DNA of 64,000 bases from positions 233,798-297,797 of the forward strand of contig CAVTWY010000002.1 of the NCBI GenBank assembly GCA_963738575.1. The letters run 5' to 3'. A program made the translations under genes and the position numbers. Origin of the DNA: an uncultured beta proteobacterium. GTDB lineage: Bacteria > Pseudomonadota > Gammaproteobacteria > Burkholderiales > Burkholderiaceae_C. The notes beneath the pieces were generated by a model. That model searched no databases and was not told the DNA's origin. It was given only the letters and a program-made list of their open reading frames with translations. Positions 1 to 7,854 of this stretch are shown here, in pieces. The first letter of the stretch is position 1, and the number at the start of each line of letters is the position of its first letter.

Positions 1-22
1 GTGCGTCTGGCCGCAGACACGC

Positions 23-1324
23 GTGCCGTCATGCATTACGTTGAAAGCCATGCCTGAACGTGCACGCCCGCCGATGCTGACGTTGGATCAGGCGCTGGAT
101 TCATTGCTGGCGATGGCACGCCTGCATGCCATCCAAGATGTGGAAATGGTTGCCACACTCGACAGCTTGAACCGCGTGCTAGCGAGGCCCTTGGTGTCGC
201 CGCTGGACGTTCCGCCTGCCGACAACACGTCCATGGATGGCTTTGCGGTTCGCGTGGCCGATGTGGTGGGCAAGGGGGTGCCAGGTGGGGTGGTTCTGCC
301 CGTGTCCCAGCGCATTGCTGCAGGACATGCTCCGCAGCCCTTGGTGCCCGGAACGGCCGCGCGTATCTTCACGGGTGCTTTGATACCAGCCGGTGCCGAC
401 GCGGTTGTGATGCAAGAACACTGCGTGGTCACTGCGGCCGGTGTCCAAGTCCAAACCAAGCCCCATGTCGGGCAGTGGATTCGCCGTCGAGGTGAAGATG
501 TGACGCGGGGTTGTCATGTCTTGGCCCAAGGTGAAAGAATGACCCCGCAGGCCATGGGCATGGCCGCTGGGGTGGGGGCGCCCGAGTTGAGCGTGGTGCG
601 TCGCGTGCGCGTGGCCATGCTGTCAACGGGCGACGAATTGGTCATGCCGGGCGCGGTCGCGCCTGAGGCCATGCCGGTGGGTGCCATTTACAACTCAAAC
701 CGTTTTACGCTCAACGGATTGCTTCGAGCAGCTGGCTGTGACGTGACTGACTTTGGGATCGTGGAAGACACGATGGAGGCCACGCAAGCTGCGTTGATTC
801 AAGCTGCTGCATCGCACGATCTCATAGTCTCAACAGGCGGTGTTTCGGTGGGTGAAGAGGACCATGTTCGGCCGGCGCTTGAGCGGGTGGGGCGGGTGAG
901 CCTGTGGCAGCTGGCCATCAAGCCGGGCAAGCCCTTGGCGTTCGGTGCGGTGCGGCGTTTGGACGCAGCGGCGGGAGAATCTCTTTTTCTGGGACTGCCT
1001 GGCAACCCTGTTTCCAGTTTCATGACCTTCTTGCTGGCGGCGTTGCCTGTGATAAGAACCCTGCAGAATGCTGCGGTGGTGCTGCCCTTGTCAACGCCCA
1101 TGCGGGCCGATTTTGAGTGGCTCAAGCCCGACCCCCGGCGCCGGGAGTTTCTTCGCGTCCGCCGCAATGCAGTGGGCGGGCTTGACTTGTTTCCCAATCA
1201 AAGCTCAGGTGTACTCACGTCGGCAGTGTGGGGCGACGGCGTGGTCGACATCGAGGCTGGGCAGGTCATTGCGCGCGGCGATGTGCTGCCATTCTTGCCC
1301 TGGTCGTCGTGGGGGTTGGCGTAA
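23..1324 (+). CDS. moeA: Molybdopterin molybdenumtransferase MoeA
   Basis: 433-aa ORF with MoeA-type motifs (LTLDQALDSLL N-terminus, NTSMDGFAVR, GGVSVGEEDH, LPGNPVSS). It heads a moeA-moaD-moaE block. The real start is probably the ATG at 50 or 74. Confidence 0.9.
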   Translation: MPSCITLKAMPERARPPMLTLDQALDSLLAMARLHAIQDVEMVATLDSLNRVLARPLVSPLDVPPADNTSMDGFAVRVADVVGKGVPGGVVLPVSQRIAAGHAPQPLVPGTAARIFTGALIPAGADAVVMQEHCVVTAAGVQVQTKPHVGQWIRRRGEDVTRGCHVLAQGERMTPQAMGMAAGVGAPELSVVRRVRVAMLSTGDELVMPGAVAPEAMPVGAIYNSNRFTLNGLLRAAGCDVTDFGIVEDTMEATQAALIQAAASHDLIVSTGGVSVGEEDHVRPALERVGRVSLWQLAIKPGKPLAFGAVRRLDAAAGESLFLGLPGNPVSSFMTFLLAALPVIRTLQNAAVVLPLSTPMRADFEWLKPDPRRREFLRVRRNAVGGLDLFPNQSSGVLTSAVWGDGVVDIEAGQVIARGDVLPFLPWSSWGLA

Positions 1325-1578
1325 TGGTTCCAGTCATGGTGCGCTATTTCGCGTCCCTGCGTGAGGTGCTGGGTGCCAGCGAGCCCATGACCATGGCTGA
1401 TGGCGACACCGTGGCAACGTTGCGCGATGCCCTGATCGCAAAGGGCGCTGCCCACGCGCGCTGCTTGTCGCGAGAGCGCGCCGTGCGATGCGCCGTGAAT
1501 CAAGTCATCGTCGATGAAACAGCGCCGCTTGTTGCCGATGCGGACATTGCGTTTTTTCCACCTGTCACGGGAGGCTGA
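1324..1578 (+). CDS. moaD: Molybdopterin synthase sulfur-carrier subunit MoaD
   Basis: 84 aa (MVPVMVRYFASLREVLG...) ending in the diagnostic C-terminal Gly-Gly (FFPPVTGG). The ATG overlaps the moeA stop (TAATG). Confidence 0.9.
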   Translation: MVPVMVRYFASLREVLGASEPMTMADGDTVATLRDALIAKGAAHARCLSRERAVRCAVNQVIVDETAPLVADADIAFFPPVTGG

Positions 1579-1579
1579 C

Positions 1580-2087
1580 GTGTCACCTCGCGTTACCGTC
1601 CAAATTGAGGATTTCAACCTCGAGCGCGAAGTCTCTCGCCTGCGCGCAAGCGATGCAAGTGTTGGCGCGGTGGTGAGCTTTGTGGGCACCGTGCGGGACG
1701 CGAAACGCGCCTGAGAACGCGGGCGAGGTTTCGTTGCTCGAACTGGAGCATTACCCGGGCATGACCGAACGCGCCATCGAGTCGATGATTGACGCTGCGT
1801 TGCTTCGGTTTCCGGCCGTGCGCGGTGTGCGCGTCATTCATCGGATTGGTGCACTCAGGCCTTGCGACCAGATCGTGCTTGTGGCGGTTGCATCGGCGCA
1901 TCGGGGCGAGTCTTTTGCGGCGTGCGAATTTTTAATGGATTACCTCAAGACGCAGGCGCCATTCTGGAAAAAAGAGCACCGTCCTGACGGCACATCAGCC
2001 TGGGTTGATGCAAGGGTGGCGGACGACGCTGCGCTGCATCGTTGGGGTCTGCAAGCCAACAATGCTGCGGTGCCTCCAAACCCGTAA
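1580..2087 (+). CDS. moaE: Molybdopterin synthase catalytic subunit MoaE, frame broken once in this sequence
   Basis: GTG at 1580 starts just after the moaD stop. The N-terminal part (SPRVTVQIEDFNLEREV...VSFVGTVRD) is in one frame and stops at 1714. The rest (EVSLLELEHYPGM...HRGESFAACEFLMDYLKTQAPFWKKE) continues in the frame of ORF 1680..2087. This implies one indel near the A-run at about 1700-1712. Confidence 0.8.
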
Positions 2088-2094
2088 CCTGCAA

Positions 2095-2478
2095 ATGAAC
2101 GACCTGCCGTTTTCTCACGCGCTGGCTGTCGCTGGTGGGGCTTCACTGGGCGCCTTGGCGCGGTGGCGAGTGGGTGCAGCGTTGGGTTCGGTCGCTGGTG
2201 CATTTCCGATGGGCACCCTCGTGGTGAACGCCCTGGGCGGGTTGGCCATGGGTGTAGCCCTTGCGACGCTGCAGCGCCATTCACTGACGCATCTTTTCAT
2301 CGTCACGGGCTTCTTGGGTGGGTTCACCACATTCTCAGCGTTCTCGGCGGAGTCGCTGGGGATGCTGCAAAGAGGCCAATGGTGGTGGGCAGGCATCCAT
2401 GGCGTGGCGCATGTGGTGGGTGTGCTGGCTTGCACTTGGATGGGCTACGCCTTGGCCCGGGGCGCGTTGCGTGTCTGA
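2095..2478 (+). CDS. crcB: Fluoride ion channel CrcB/FluC
   Basis: About 127 aa from the internal ATG at 2095, with four hydrophobic helices and the CrcB signature GFLGGFTTFSAFS. Confidence 0.9.
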   Translation: MNDLPFSHALAVAGGASLGALARWRVGAALGSVAGAFPMGTLVVNALGGLAMGVALATLQRHSLTHLFIVTGFLGGFTTFSAFSAESLGMLQRGQWWWAGIHGVAHVVGVLACTWMGYALARGALRV

Positions 2479-2600
2479 GGGAGGCCGTAGTGAATTGGGC
2501 CCACCGACGGGCGCCGAGAGGCTCAGCGCTTGTGCTGCCGTGAATTGTTGCCACCACCGATTCAGCTGTGCCCGTCGTTTTGACGTCGCACCCACGCGTC

Positions 2601-3134
2601 ATGGGCCAGCCCAACGGCTATCCTTTGAACACCATGGTTGACGCTGTCTTAGACCCCCCCAGCGCGACGCTGTTGCGTGCTGCTTTTGGCCGATTTCCAA
2701 CCGGCGTGACGATCATCACTTGCATCGATGCCCATGGGCAGAGGGTGGGGTTGACGGCCAATTCGCTCGTTTCGCTTTCGCTGGAGCCGGCGCTCTTGGG
2801 GTGGTCATTGAGACTACACAGCCCCAGCATGGCCGCATTTGCTGGGGCCAAACACTTTGCCGTCAATGTGTTGGCGGAGTCTCAAATCGAATTGTCGAGG
2901 TGCTTTGCGTCAGCCAGGGGAGACAAGTTTTCCATGGGTGCTTGGTACAGGGGCATGGGCGGTGCCCCCTTGTTATCTGGCGCCGCAGCGACTTTTGAAT
3001 GCGAGCCTGAGGCTTCACATCTCACGGGTGACCACCGATTGTTTGTGGGGCGCATTGTTCGCGCGTCCGATGCGGGTCTCGAACCCCTTGTTTTCAACGC
3101 TGGTCGCTATCACTTGGTGGGAGAGATCTTGTGA
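2601..3134 (+). CDS. Flavin reductase domain protein (HpaC/NAD(P)H-flavin oxidoreductase-like)
   Basis: FRxAxGRFPTGVTIIT motif (AAFGRFPTGVTIITC) and GLTANSLVSLSLEPALL, typical of the flavin_reduct family. The start could be 2568, 2601 or 2634. The stop overlaps the next gene's GTG (GTGA). Confidence 0.8.
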   Translation: MGQPNGYPLNTMVDAVLDPPSATLLRAAFGRFPTGVTIITCIDAHGQRVGLTANSLVSLSLEPALLGWSLRLHSPSMAAFAGAKHFAVNVLAESQIELSRCFASARGDKFSMGAWYRGMGGAPLLSGAAATFECEPEASHLTGDHRLFVGRIVRASDAGLEPLVFNAGRYHLVGEIL

Positions 3135-4171
3135 CGCAGTTGCTGCGCGGCGTGGACGCCAGCCTGGTCGCAGCGTTTGTTGAGGTTCTGGGGCGGTGCG
3201 GTGTGAAACGCGGTGACGCCTGCACCGTGCTGGCCGAAACGCGATCACGCTGCGCTTTGGTTGGGGCTGCTGAGCTGGCCTTGTCGCAATTGGGGGCGCG
3301 TGCTGCCACGCTGATCCTGCCCAGCCGCGCGCCGACGGCCCCAGCGCCTGTCCGCTCCACAGGCGCCAGCGACGTCATTCAAGGGTTGGAACCCGCCGTG
3401 CAAGCCCTGGCGGCCAGCGTGCTGGTGGTCGATTGCACCGTTGAAGGTTTGCAACACGCCGCTGAGCTGCCCCGCATCTTGCAAGGTGGTGCGCGCGTGC
3501 TGGTGGTTAGCAACGAGCACCCAGAGATTTTGATGCGCTGCCTGCCGCAAGCTGCCGATGAGGGTGTGGCGCGCGAGGCCATGCGACGACTCAAGCGTGC
3601 CAAACGCATGCACGTATCGTCCGCAGCAGGCACTGATCTGTGGATTGATCTGGAGGGCGCGCGCGTGGGTGGGGTTTGGGGGTACACCAACAAGCCTGGC
3701 ACTTTGACGCACTGGCCTGGTGGTTTGGTGTTGGCGTTCCCGGCTGCTGGCTCGGTGCGTGGCAGCTTGGTGTTGGACCAAGGTGATGTCAACCTAACCT
3801 TCAAAAACTACCTGCAGGACCCCGTCCGACTTTTGATCGAGGACGACCACGCCGTGACCATCGAGGGGGAATCCACCGACGCGCAGATGATGCGAGGGTA
3901 CTATGCCGCGTGGGGCGACCGCTCGGCCTATGCCGTCTCCCATGTGGGCTGGGGGCTCAACCGGCAAGCGCGGTGGGACGCCATGACTTTTTACGACAAG
4001 GCCGATTTCAACGGCACCGAGCTGCGCGCCTTTGCTGGCAATTTTTTGTATTCGACAGGGGCCAACGAAGTGGCGGGGCGCCATACGCTGGGGCACTTTG
4101 ACTTGCCACTGCGTGGATGCACGGTGAGCCTTGATGGCGAGTTGGTGGTTGACGCTGGCCAACTTCTCTGA
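3131..4171 (+). CDS. NicX-like 2,5-dihydroxypyridine 5,6-dioxygenase family protein (M29 aminopeptidase-like fold)
   Basis: 346 aa, a length matching NicX-type non-haem Fe dioxygenases. C-terminal blocks SHVGWGLN and AGRHTLGHFDLPLRGC contain an H-x-D pair. The family call is from memory and not searched. Confidence 0.55.
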   Translation: MTQLLRGVDASLVAAFVEVLGRCGVKRGDACTVLAETRSRCALVGAAELALSQLGARAATLILPSRAPTAPAPVRSTGASDVIQGLEPAVQALAASVLVVDCTVEGLQHAAELPRILQGGARVLVVSNEHPEILMRCLPQAADEGVAREAMRRLKRAKRMHVSSAAGTDLWIDLEGARVGGVWGYTNKPGTLTHWPGGLVLAFPAAGSVRGSLVLDQGDVNLTFKNYLQDPVRLLIEDDHAVTIEGESTDAQMMRGYYAAWGDRSAYAVSHVGWGLNRQARWDAMTFYDKADFNGTELRAFAGNFLYSTGANEVAGRHTLGHFDLPLRGCTVSLDGELVVDAGQLL

Positions 4172-4184
4172 AGGGAAGCCTGAC

Positions 4185-5009
4185 ATGACTGAAGCTTTGG
4201 TCGCGGATGCACCTCTAGCGCACTTGCGCTGGGGCGACGGCGACACCGTGGTGGTGTTGTTGCATGGCATCGGCGGCGGCCGACAAGCCTGGGGTGACTT
4301 GGTTTCCAACACAGGCGCATTGATGGCCGACGCAGGGTTTTTGGTGCTTGCGGCCGATCTGCCTGGTTATGGCGATTCGCCTGCGGTGGCGCCCTACACC
4401 ATGGCCAACATCGCCCAGCGCGTAGTCGAATTGATCGTTTCCTATGGCCGCAGGCGCTGTGTGCTCGTGGGCCACAGCATGGGCGGCATGGTGGCCCAAG
4501 AGGTCGTGGCACGTCGGGCCGACCTTGTGCACGGATTGGTCATCAGCGCCTCTTCCCCTGCATTTGGCAAGCCCGACGGTGCATGGCAGCAGCAGTTTTT
4601 GCGCGAGCGATTGCAGGTGTTGGACGACGGCAAGGGCATGATGGGGTTGGCACCAGCTTTGGTGCGAGGGATGGCGGCCCCCGACACGCCACACGCACGT
4701 TTGGCCCGTGCGACCCTCATCATGGCCAATGTCCCCGAAGTTACCTACCGGCAAGCCTTGCAGGCCTTGATGGGTTTTGACCGACGCGCCATGCTTTCGA
4801 CGCTGTCCATGCCAGTGCTCTGCCTAGCCGGTGAGCTGGATCGCAATGCGCCGCCAAACGTGATGAAACAGATGGCGCAGCACATCGCGGGGGCATCGTT
4901 TGTCTGCTTGCCAGGGGTGGGGCATTTGGCGAACATGGAGGCGCCCGACGATTTCAATCAAACTGTGATGGGGTTCTTGATGCAGCACTTCAGCCCCCCG
5001 CCACCATGA
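4185..5009 (+). CDS. Alpha/beta-fold hydrolase
   Basis: HG-box (VVLLHGIGGG) and nucleophile elbow GHSMGG, plus a C-terminal GHLANMEAP His block. The internal ATG at 4185 fits spacing after the previous stop. The stop overlaps the next ATG (ATGA). Confidence 0.85.
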   Translation: MTEALVADAPLAHLRWGDGDTVVVLLHGIGGGRQAWGDLVSNTGALMADAGFLVLAADLPGYGDSPAVAPYTMANIAQRVVELIVSYGRRRCVLVGHSMGGMVAQEVVARRADLVHGLVISASSPAFGKPDGAWQQQFLRERLQVLDDGKGMMGLAPALVRGMAAPDTPHARLARATLIMANVPEVTYRQALQALMGFDRRAMLSTLSMPVLCLAGELDRNAPPNVMKQMAQHIAGASFVCLPGVGHLANMEAPDDFNQTVMGFLMQHFSPPPP

Positions 5010-6283
5010 CACCACCCACCACTCCCATGCCGATGCCGATGCCGATGCCCATTGCGGGCAACACGTCGCTGCTCACGCCCCAGCAACGTGACTTGATTGC
5101 CGTCGTGCAGGACCTGGGCCAGCGTTGTTTTGCACCGCGCGCAGCCACCCACGACCGCGAGGCCAGCTTTCCGTTCGAAAACTACGACGACCTTCGTGCC
5201 GCCGGGTTGTTGGGCATTTGTGTGCCCAAGCGCCACGGCGGGCATGGCGCTGACTTTGCCACTTACGTGATGGTTGCGGCCGAAATGGGGCGACACTGTG
5301 GCGCCACGGCGTTGTCGTTCAACATGCACGTGTCGTCGTGCTTGTGGAGCGGCCTGATTGCCGACGCGCTTGACATGACCTCCGCGCAACGCGACGACCA
5401 CGAGGCCAACCGAGCCCTTCATTTTGATCGCATCGTGCGCGAAGGCAAGATTTACTCCCAGCCATTCTCGGAGGGTGGCGCTGCCGCAGCGGGCAAAGCG
5501 CCTTGGGGTACGTTGGCGCGCAGGGTGGACGATGGCTACGTCGTCACAGGCAAAAAAATCTTCGCCTCGCTGTCAGGTGCGGCCGATTACTACGGCATCT
5601 TGTGCACCATTGACAAACCAGGTGCGACCGTTAAAGACTCGCTCTACGTTGCGATCCCGTCCGACGCACCCGGCGTCACGGTGTCGGGCGTGTGGGACCC
5701 CCTGGGCATGCGCGGCACGGTGAGTCGAACGCTCACCTTTGAAAACGTGCACGTACCCAACAGCGCGCGGCTGATGCCCGAGGGCTTGTATGCCCAAGCA
5801 GCCACGCGCTTTCCGCACATGTTTGCCACACTGTCTCCCACCTACATGGGCATTGCGCAGGCTGCGTACGACTTCACAGTTCAATACTTGCGCGGAGAAA
5901 TGCCAGGCACCCCGCCAGTAAAGCGGCGAATGCACCCCACCAAACAATTGGCGGTGGCGCAAATGCGGGTTGCGTTGGAGCAAACGCGTGCGCTCTTCCT
6001 GCAAAACGCCCGCGATGCGTGTGTAGACCCTGACAAGGACACGCGCATGCGGTTGCTGGCCGCGCACTACACCATCATGGAGAACGCCAACGATTTGGCC
6101 CGCTTGGCCGTGCGCACCTGCGGCGGGCAGTCCATGCTCAAGTCCTTGTCGCTCGAACGGCTCTACCGTGATTCGCGTTGTGGCTCGTTGATGCTTCCGT
6201 GGACTGCTGAGCTGTGCCTGGATCGCCTGGGGCGTGAGTGCCTGTACGAATCGGGCGAGAGGGACGAGGCCATCGATGCCTGA
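5006..6283 (+). CDS. Acyl-CoA dehydrogenase-fold flavoprotein lacking the canonical catalytic Glu; likely the oxygenase of a two-component system
   Basis: 425 aa with ACAD-like layout. At the position of the canonical RDxRxxxIYEGTxEI block it reads RDSRCGSLMLPWTAEL, so there is no YEG Glu. It is co-operonic with a flavin reductase. Confidence 0.6.
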   Translation: MTPPTTPMPMPMPMPIAGNTSLLTPQQRDLIAVVQDLGQRCFAPRAATHDREASFPFENYDDLRAAGLLGICVPKRHGGHGADFATYVMVAAEMGRHCGATALSFNMHVSSCLWSGLIADALDMTSAQRDDHEANRALHFDRIVREGKIYSQPFSEGGAAAAGKAPWGTLARRVDDGYVVTGKKIFASLSGAADYYGILCTIDKPGATVKDSLYVAIPSDAPGVTVSGVWDPLGMRGTVSRTLTFENVHVPNSARLMPEGLYAQAATRFPHMFATLSPTYMGIAQAAYDFTVQYLRGEMPGTPPVKRRMHPTKQLAVAQMRVALEQTRALFLQNARDACVDPDKDTRMRLLAAHYTIMENANDLARLAVRTCGGQSMLKSLSLERLYRDSRCGSLMLPWTAELCLDRLGRECLYESGERDEAIDA

Positions 6284-6374
6284 AGGGGCGTTTGCGGCGA
6301 CCCGCAACTCAAGGTTCCCTTGACAGTGAAGCGTGGGGGTTGTGCATGCATGACTGGTTTCACCTAACGCGACG

Positions 6375-7808
6375 ATGCCTCGTGCACCGACCTTCGTGAA
6401 ACCCAGTTTGTTGTACCAGTGCTTGCAGCGCCAGGTGCAAGCCCGGCCTGACGCCATTGCGATTGTCGACGTTGATCGGCACTGGACCTACGCCGAAATA
6501 GATGCCCTGGTGGCGCATTGGGTTGACAACGAGTTGGCTGGCCTGCCCCCAGGGGCCGCCTTTGGTTGGCTCGGCGCCAACAGCGCGGCCATGGTGGCGT
6601 CGTTGTTTGCTTGTGCGCAACTGCACCTGCGATGGGTGCCACTCAATTGGCGACTTGCCGCGCCCGAGTTACGCGCCATGGCCCGGCACGCTGGGCTGGT
6701 GCGCTGGCACGCCGACGGCGCGTTGACGGCCCTCGAAGGCGAGGCGCCAAGCGCTGCACCCGATGGCAATCACTTCGATGACTTGTTGTTGGTTTACACG
6801 TCGGGCACCACCGGGGAACCCAAGGGTGCCGTGCACACGCAAGCTGCGGTGGTTGCCAACCTGCGCGCAGCCATTGACGCTCAGGGTTTGAATGAAAACT
6901 CGCGAGTCTTGGCGGTGTTGCCGCTGTTTCATGTGGGCGGCCTGTGCATTCAAGTGCTCCCGACGTTGGCCGCTGGCGGCACAGTCAAGTTGCACGCGAG
7001 GTTTGACGCAGCGGCGTGGTTGGTCGACGTGGCAGCGTTTCGAGCCACCACGAGCTTGATGGTACCTGCAACCATGCACGCCATCCTTGCGCACCCTTTG
7101 TGGCCAACCAGCGATCTTTCATCGCTTGCGTTTGTCAGTGCTGGCTCATCCATCGTGCCGTTGCCGCTGATTGCAGGGTTTCATGCGCGCGGCGTGCCGG
7201 TTGCACAGGTGTATGGCGCCACAGAAACAGGCCCTGTAACGATGGTGCTGCGCCCGCATGACGCCATGGCTCACGCGGGGTCGGTGGGCCGTCCGGCGCT
7301 TGGGGTGCAGGTTCGGCTAGAAGACCGTGAGGTCTGGGTGCAAGCCCCCAACTTGGCCCGCGGTTATCACCGTCTGCCCAATGACGCCGCCTTTGAGGGT
7401 GGTTGGTTCAAAACAGGTGATTTGGCGACGGTCGACGATGCAGGTCATCACCGAATCGTCGGTCGCCGCAAAGACGTCATCATTTCGGGCGGTGAAAACA
7501 TTGATCCAGCCGAAATTGAAAACCTGGTGGCTGGTGTAGAGGGCGTTGCCGAGTGCGCCGTGGTGGGCATACCGGATGCCCGGTGGGGTGAGGTGCCGGT
7601 TGTGGTGGTGGTGAGGGCGACGGGTGCCCAGGTCACTGAAGTACACGTTCGAGCCGCATGGGTTGATCGATTGGCGCGCTTCAAGCACCCGCAGCGCATC
7701 GTTTTTGTGGCATCGCTGCCCAAAACTGCACTGGGCAAGGTCCAGCGGAGCCTTTTGACACCGTCATGGATTGACGCTGGTCAGAGCGGATCGACACCGA
7801 ACCCTTGA
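6375..7808 (+). CDS. AMP-dependent synthetase/ligase (acyl/aryl-CoA ligase family)
   Basis: AMP-binding motif [18 protein letters not shown], plus [14 protein letters not shown] and a C-terminal [11 protein letters not shown]. Confidence 0.9.
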   Translation: MPRAPTFVKPSLLYQCLQRQVQARPDAIAIVDVDRHWTYAEIDALVAHWVDNELAGLPPGAAFGWLGANSAAMVASLFACAQLHLRWVPLNWRLAAPELRAMARHAGLVRWHADGALTALEGEAPSAAPDGNHFDDLLLVYTSGTTGEPKGAVHTQAAVVANLRAAIDAQGLNENSRVLAVLPLFHVGGLCIQVLPTLAAGGTVKLHARFDAAAWLVDVAAFRATTSLMVPATMHAILAHPLWPTSDLSSLAFVSAGSSIVPLPLIAGFHARGVPVAQVYGATETGPVTMVLRPHDAMAHAGSVGRPALGVQVRLEDREVWVQAPNLARGYHRLPNDAAFEGGWFKTGDLATVDDAGHHRIVGRRKDVIISGGENIDPAEIENLVAGVEGVAECAVVGIPDARWGEVPVVVVVRATGAQVTEVHVRAAWVDRLARFKHPQRIVFVASLPKTALGKVQRSLLTPSWIDAGQSGSTPNP

Positions 7809-7833
7809 ACGTCGCGCAGGTGGCACCACATAC
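7803..7833 (+). promoter_or_regulatory. Candidate sigma32 (RpoH) heat-shock promoter of clpB
   Basis: CCCTTGAA (7803-7810), a 14-nt spacer, then CACCACATA (7825-7833), compared with the consensus CCCTTGAA-N13-15-CCCCATNTA. It lies about 20 nt upstream of the clpB ATG region and inside the last codons of the ligase gene. Confidence 0.5.
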
Positions 7834-7854
7834 ACCCGCAATGGAGAAAACATC

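Noticed and set aside
2088-2094. Fluoride riboswitch upstream of crcB
   Set aside because: Only 7 nt separate the moaE stop from the crcB ATG, so there is no room for a crcB-motif RNA. crcB appears to be co-transcribed with the moa genes.
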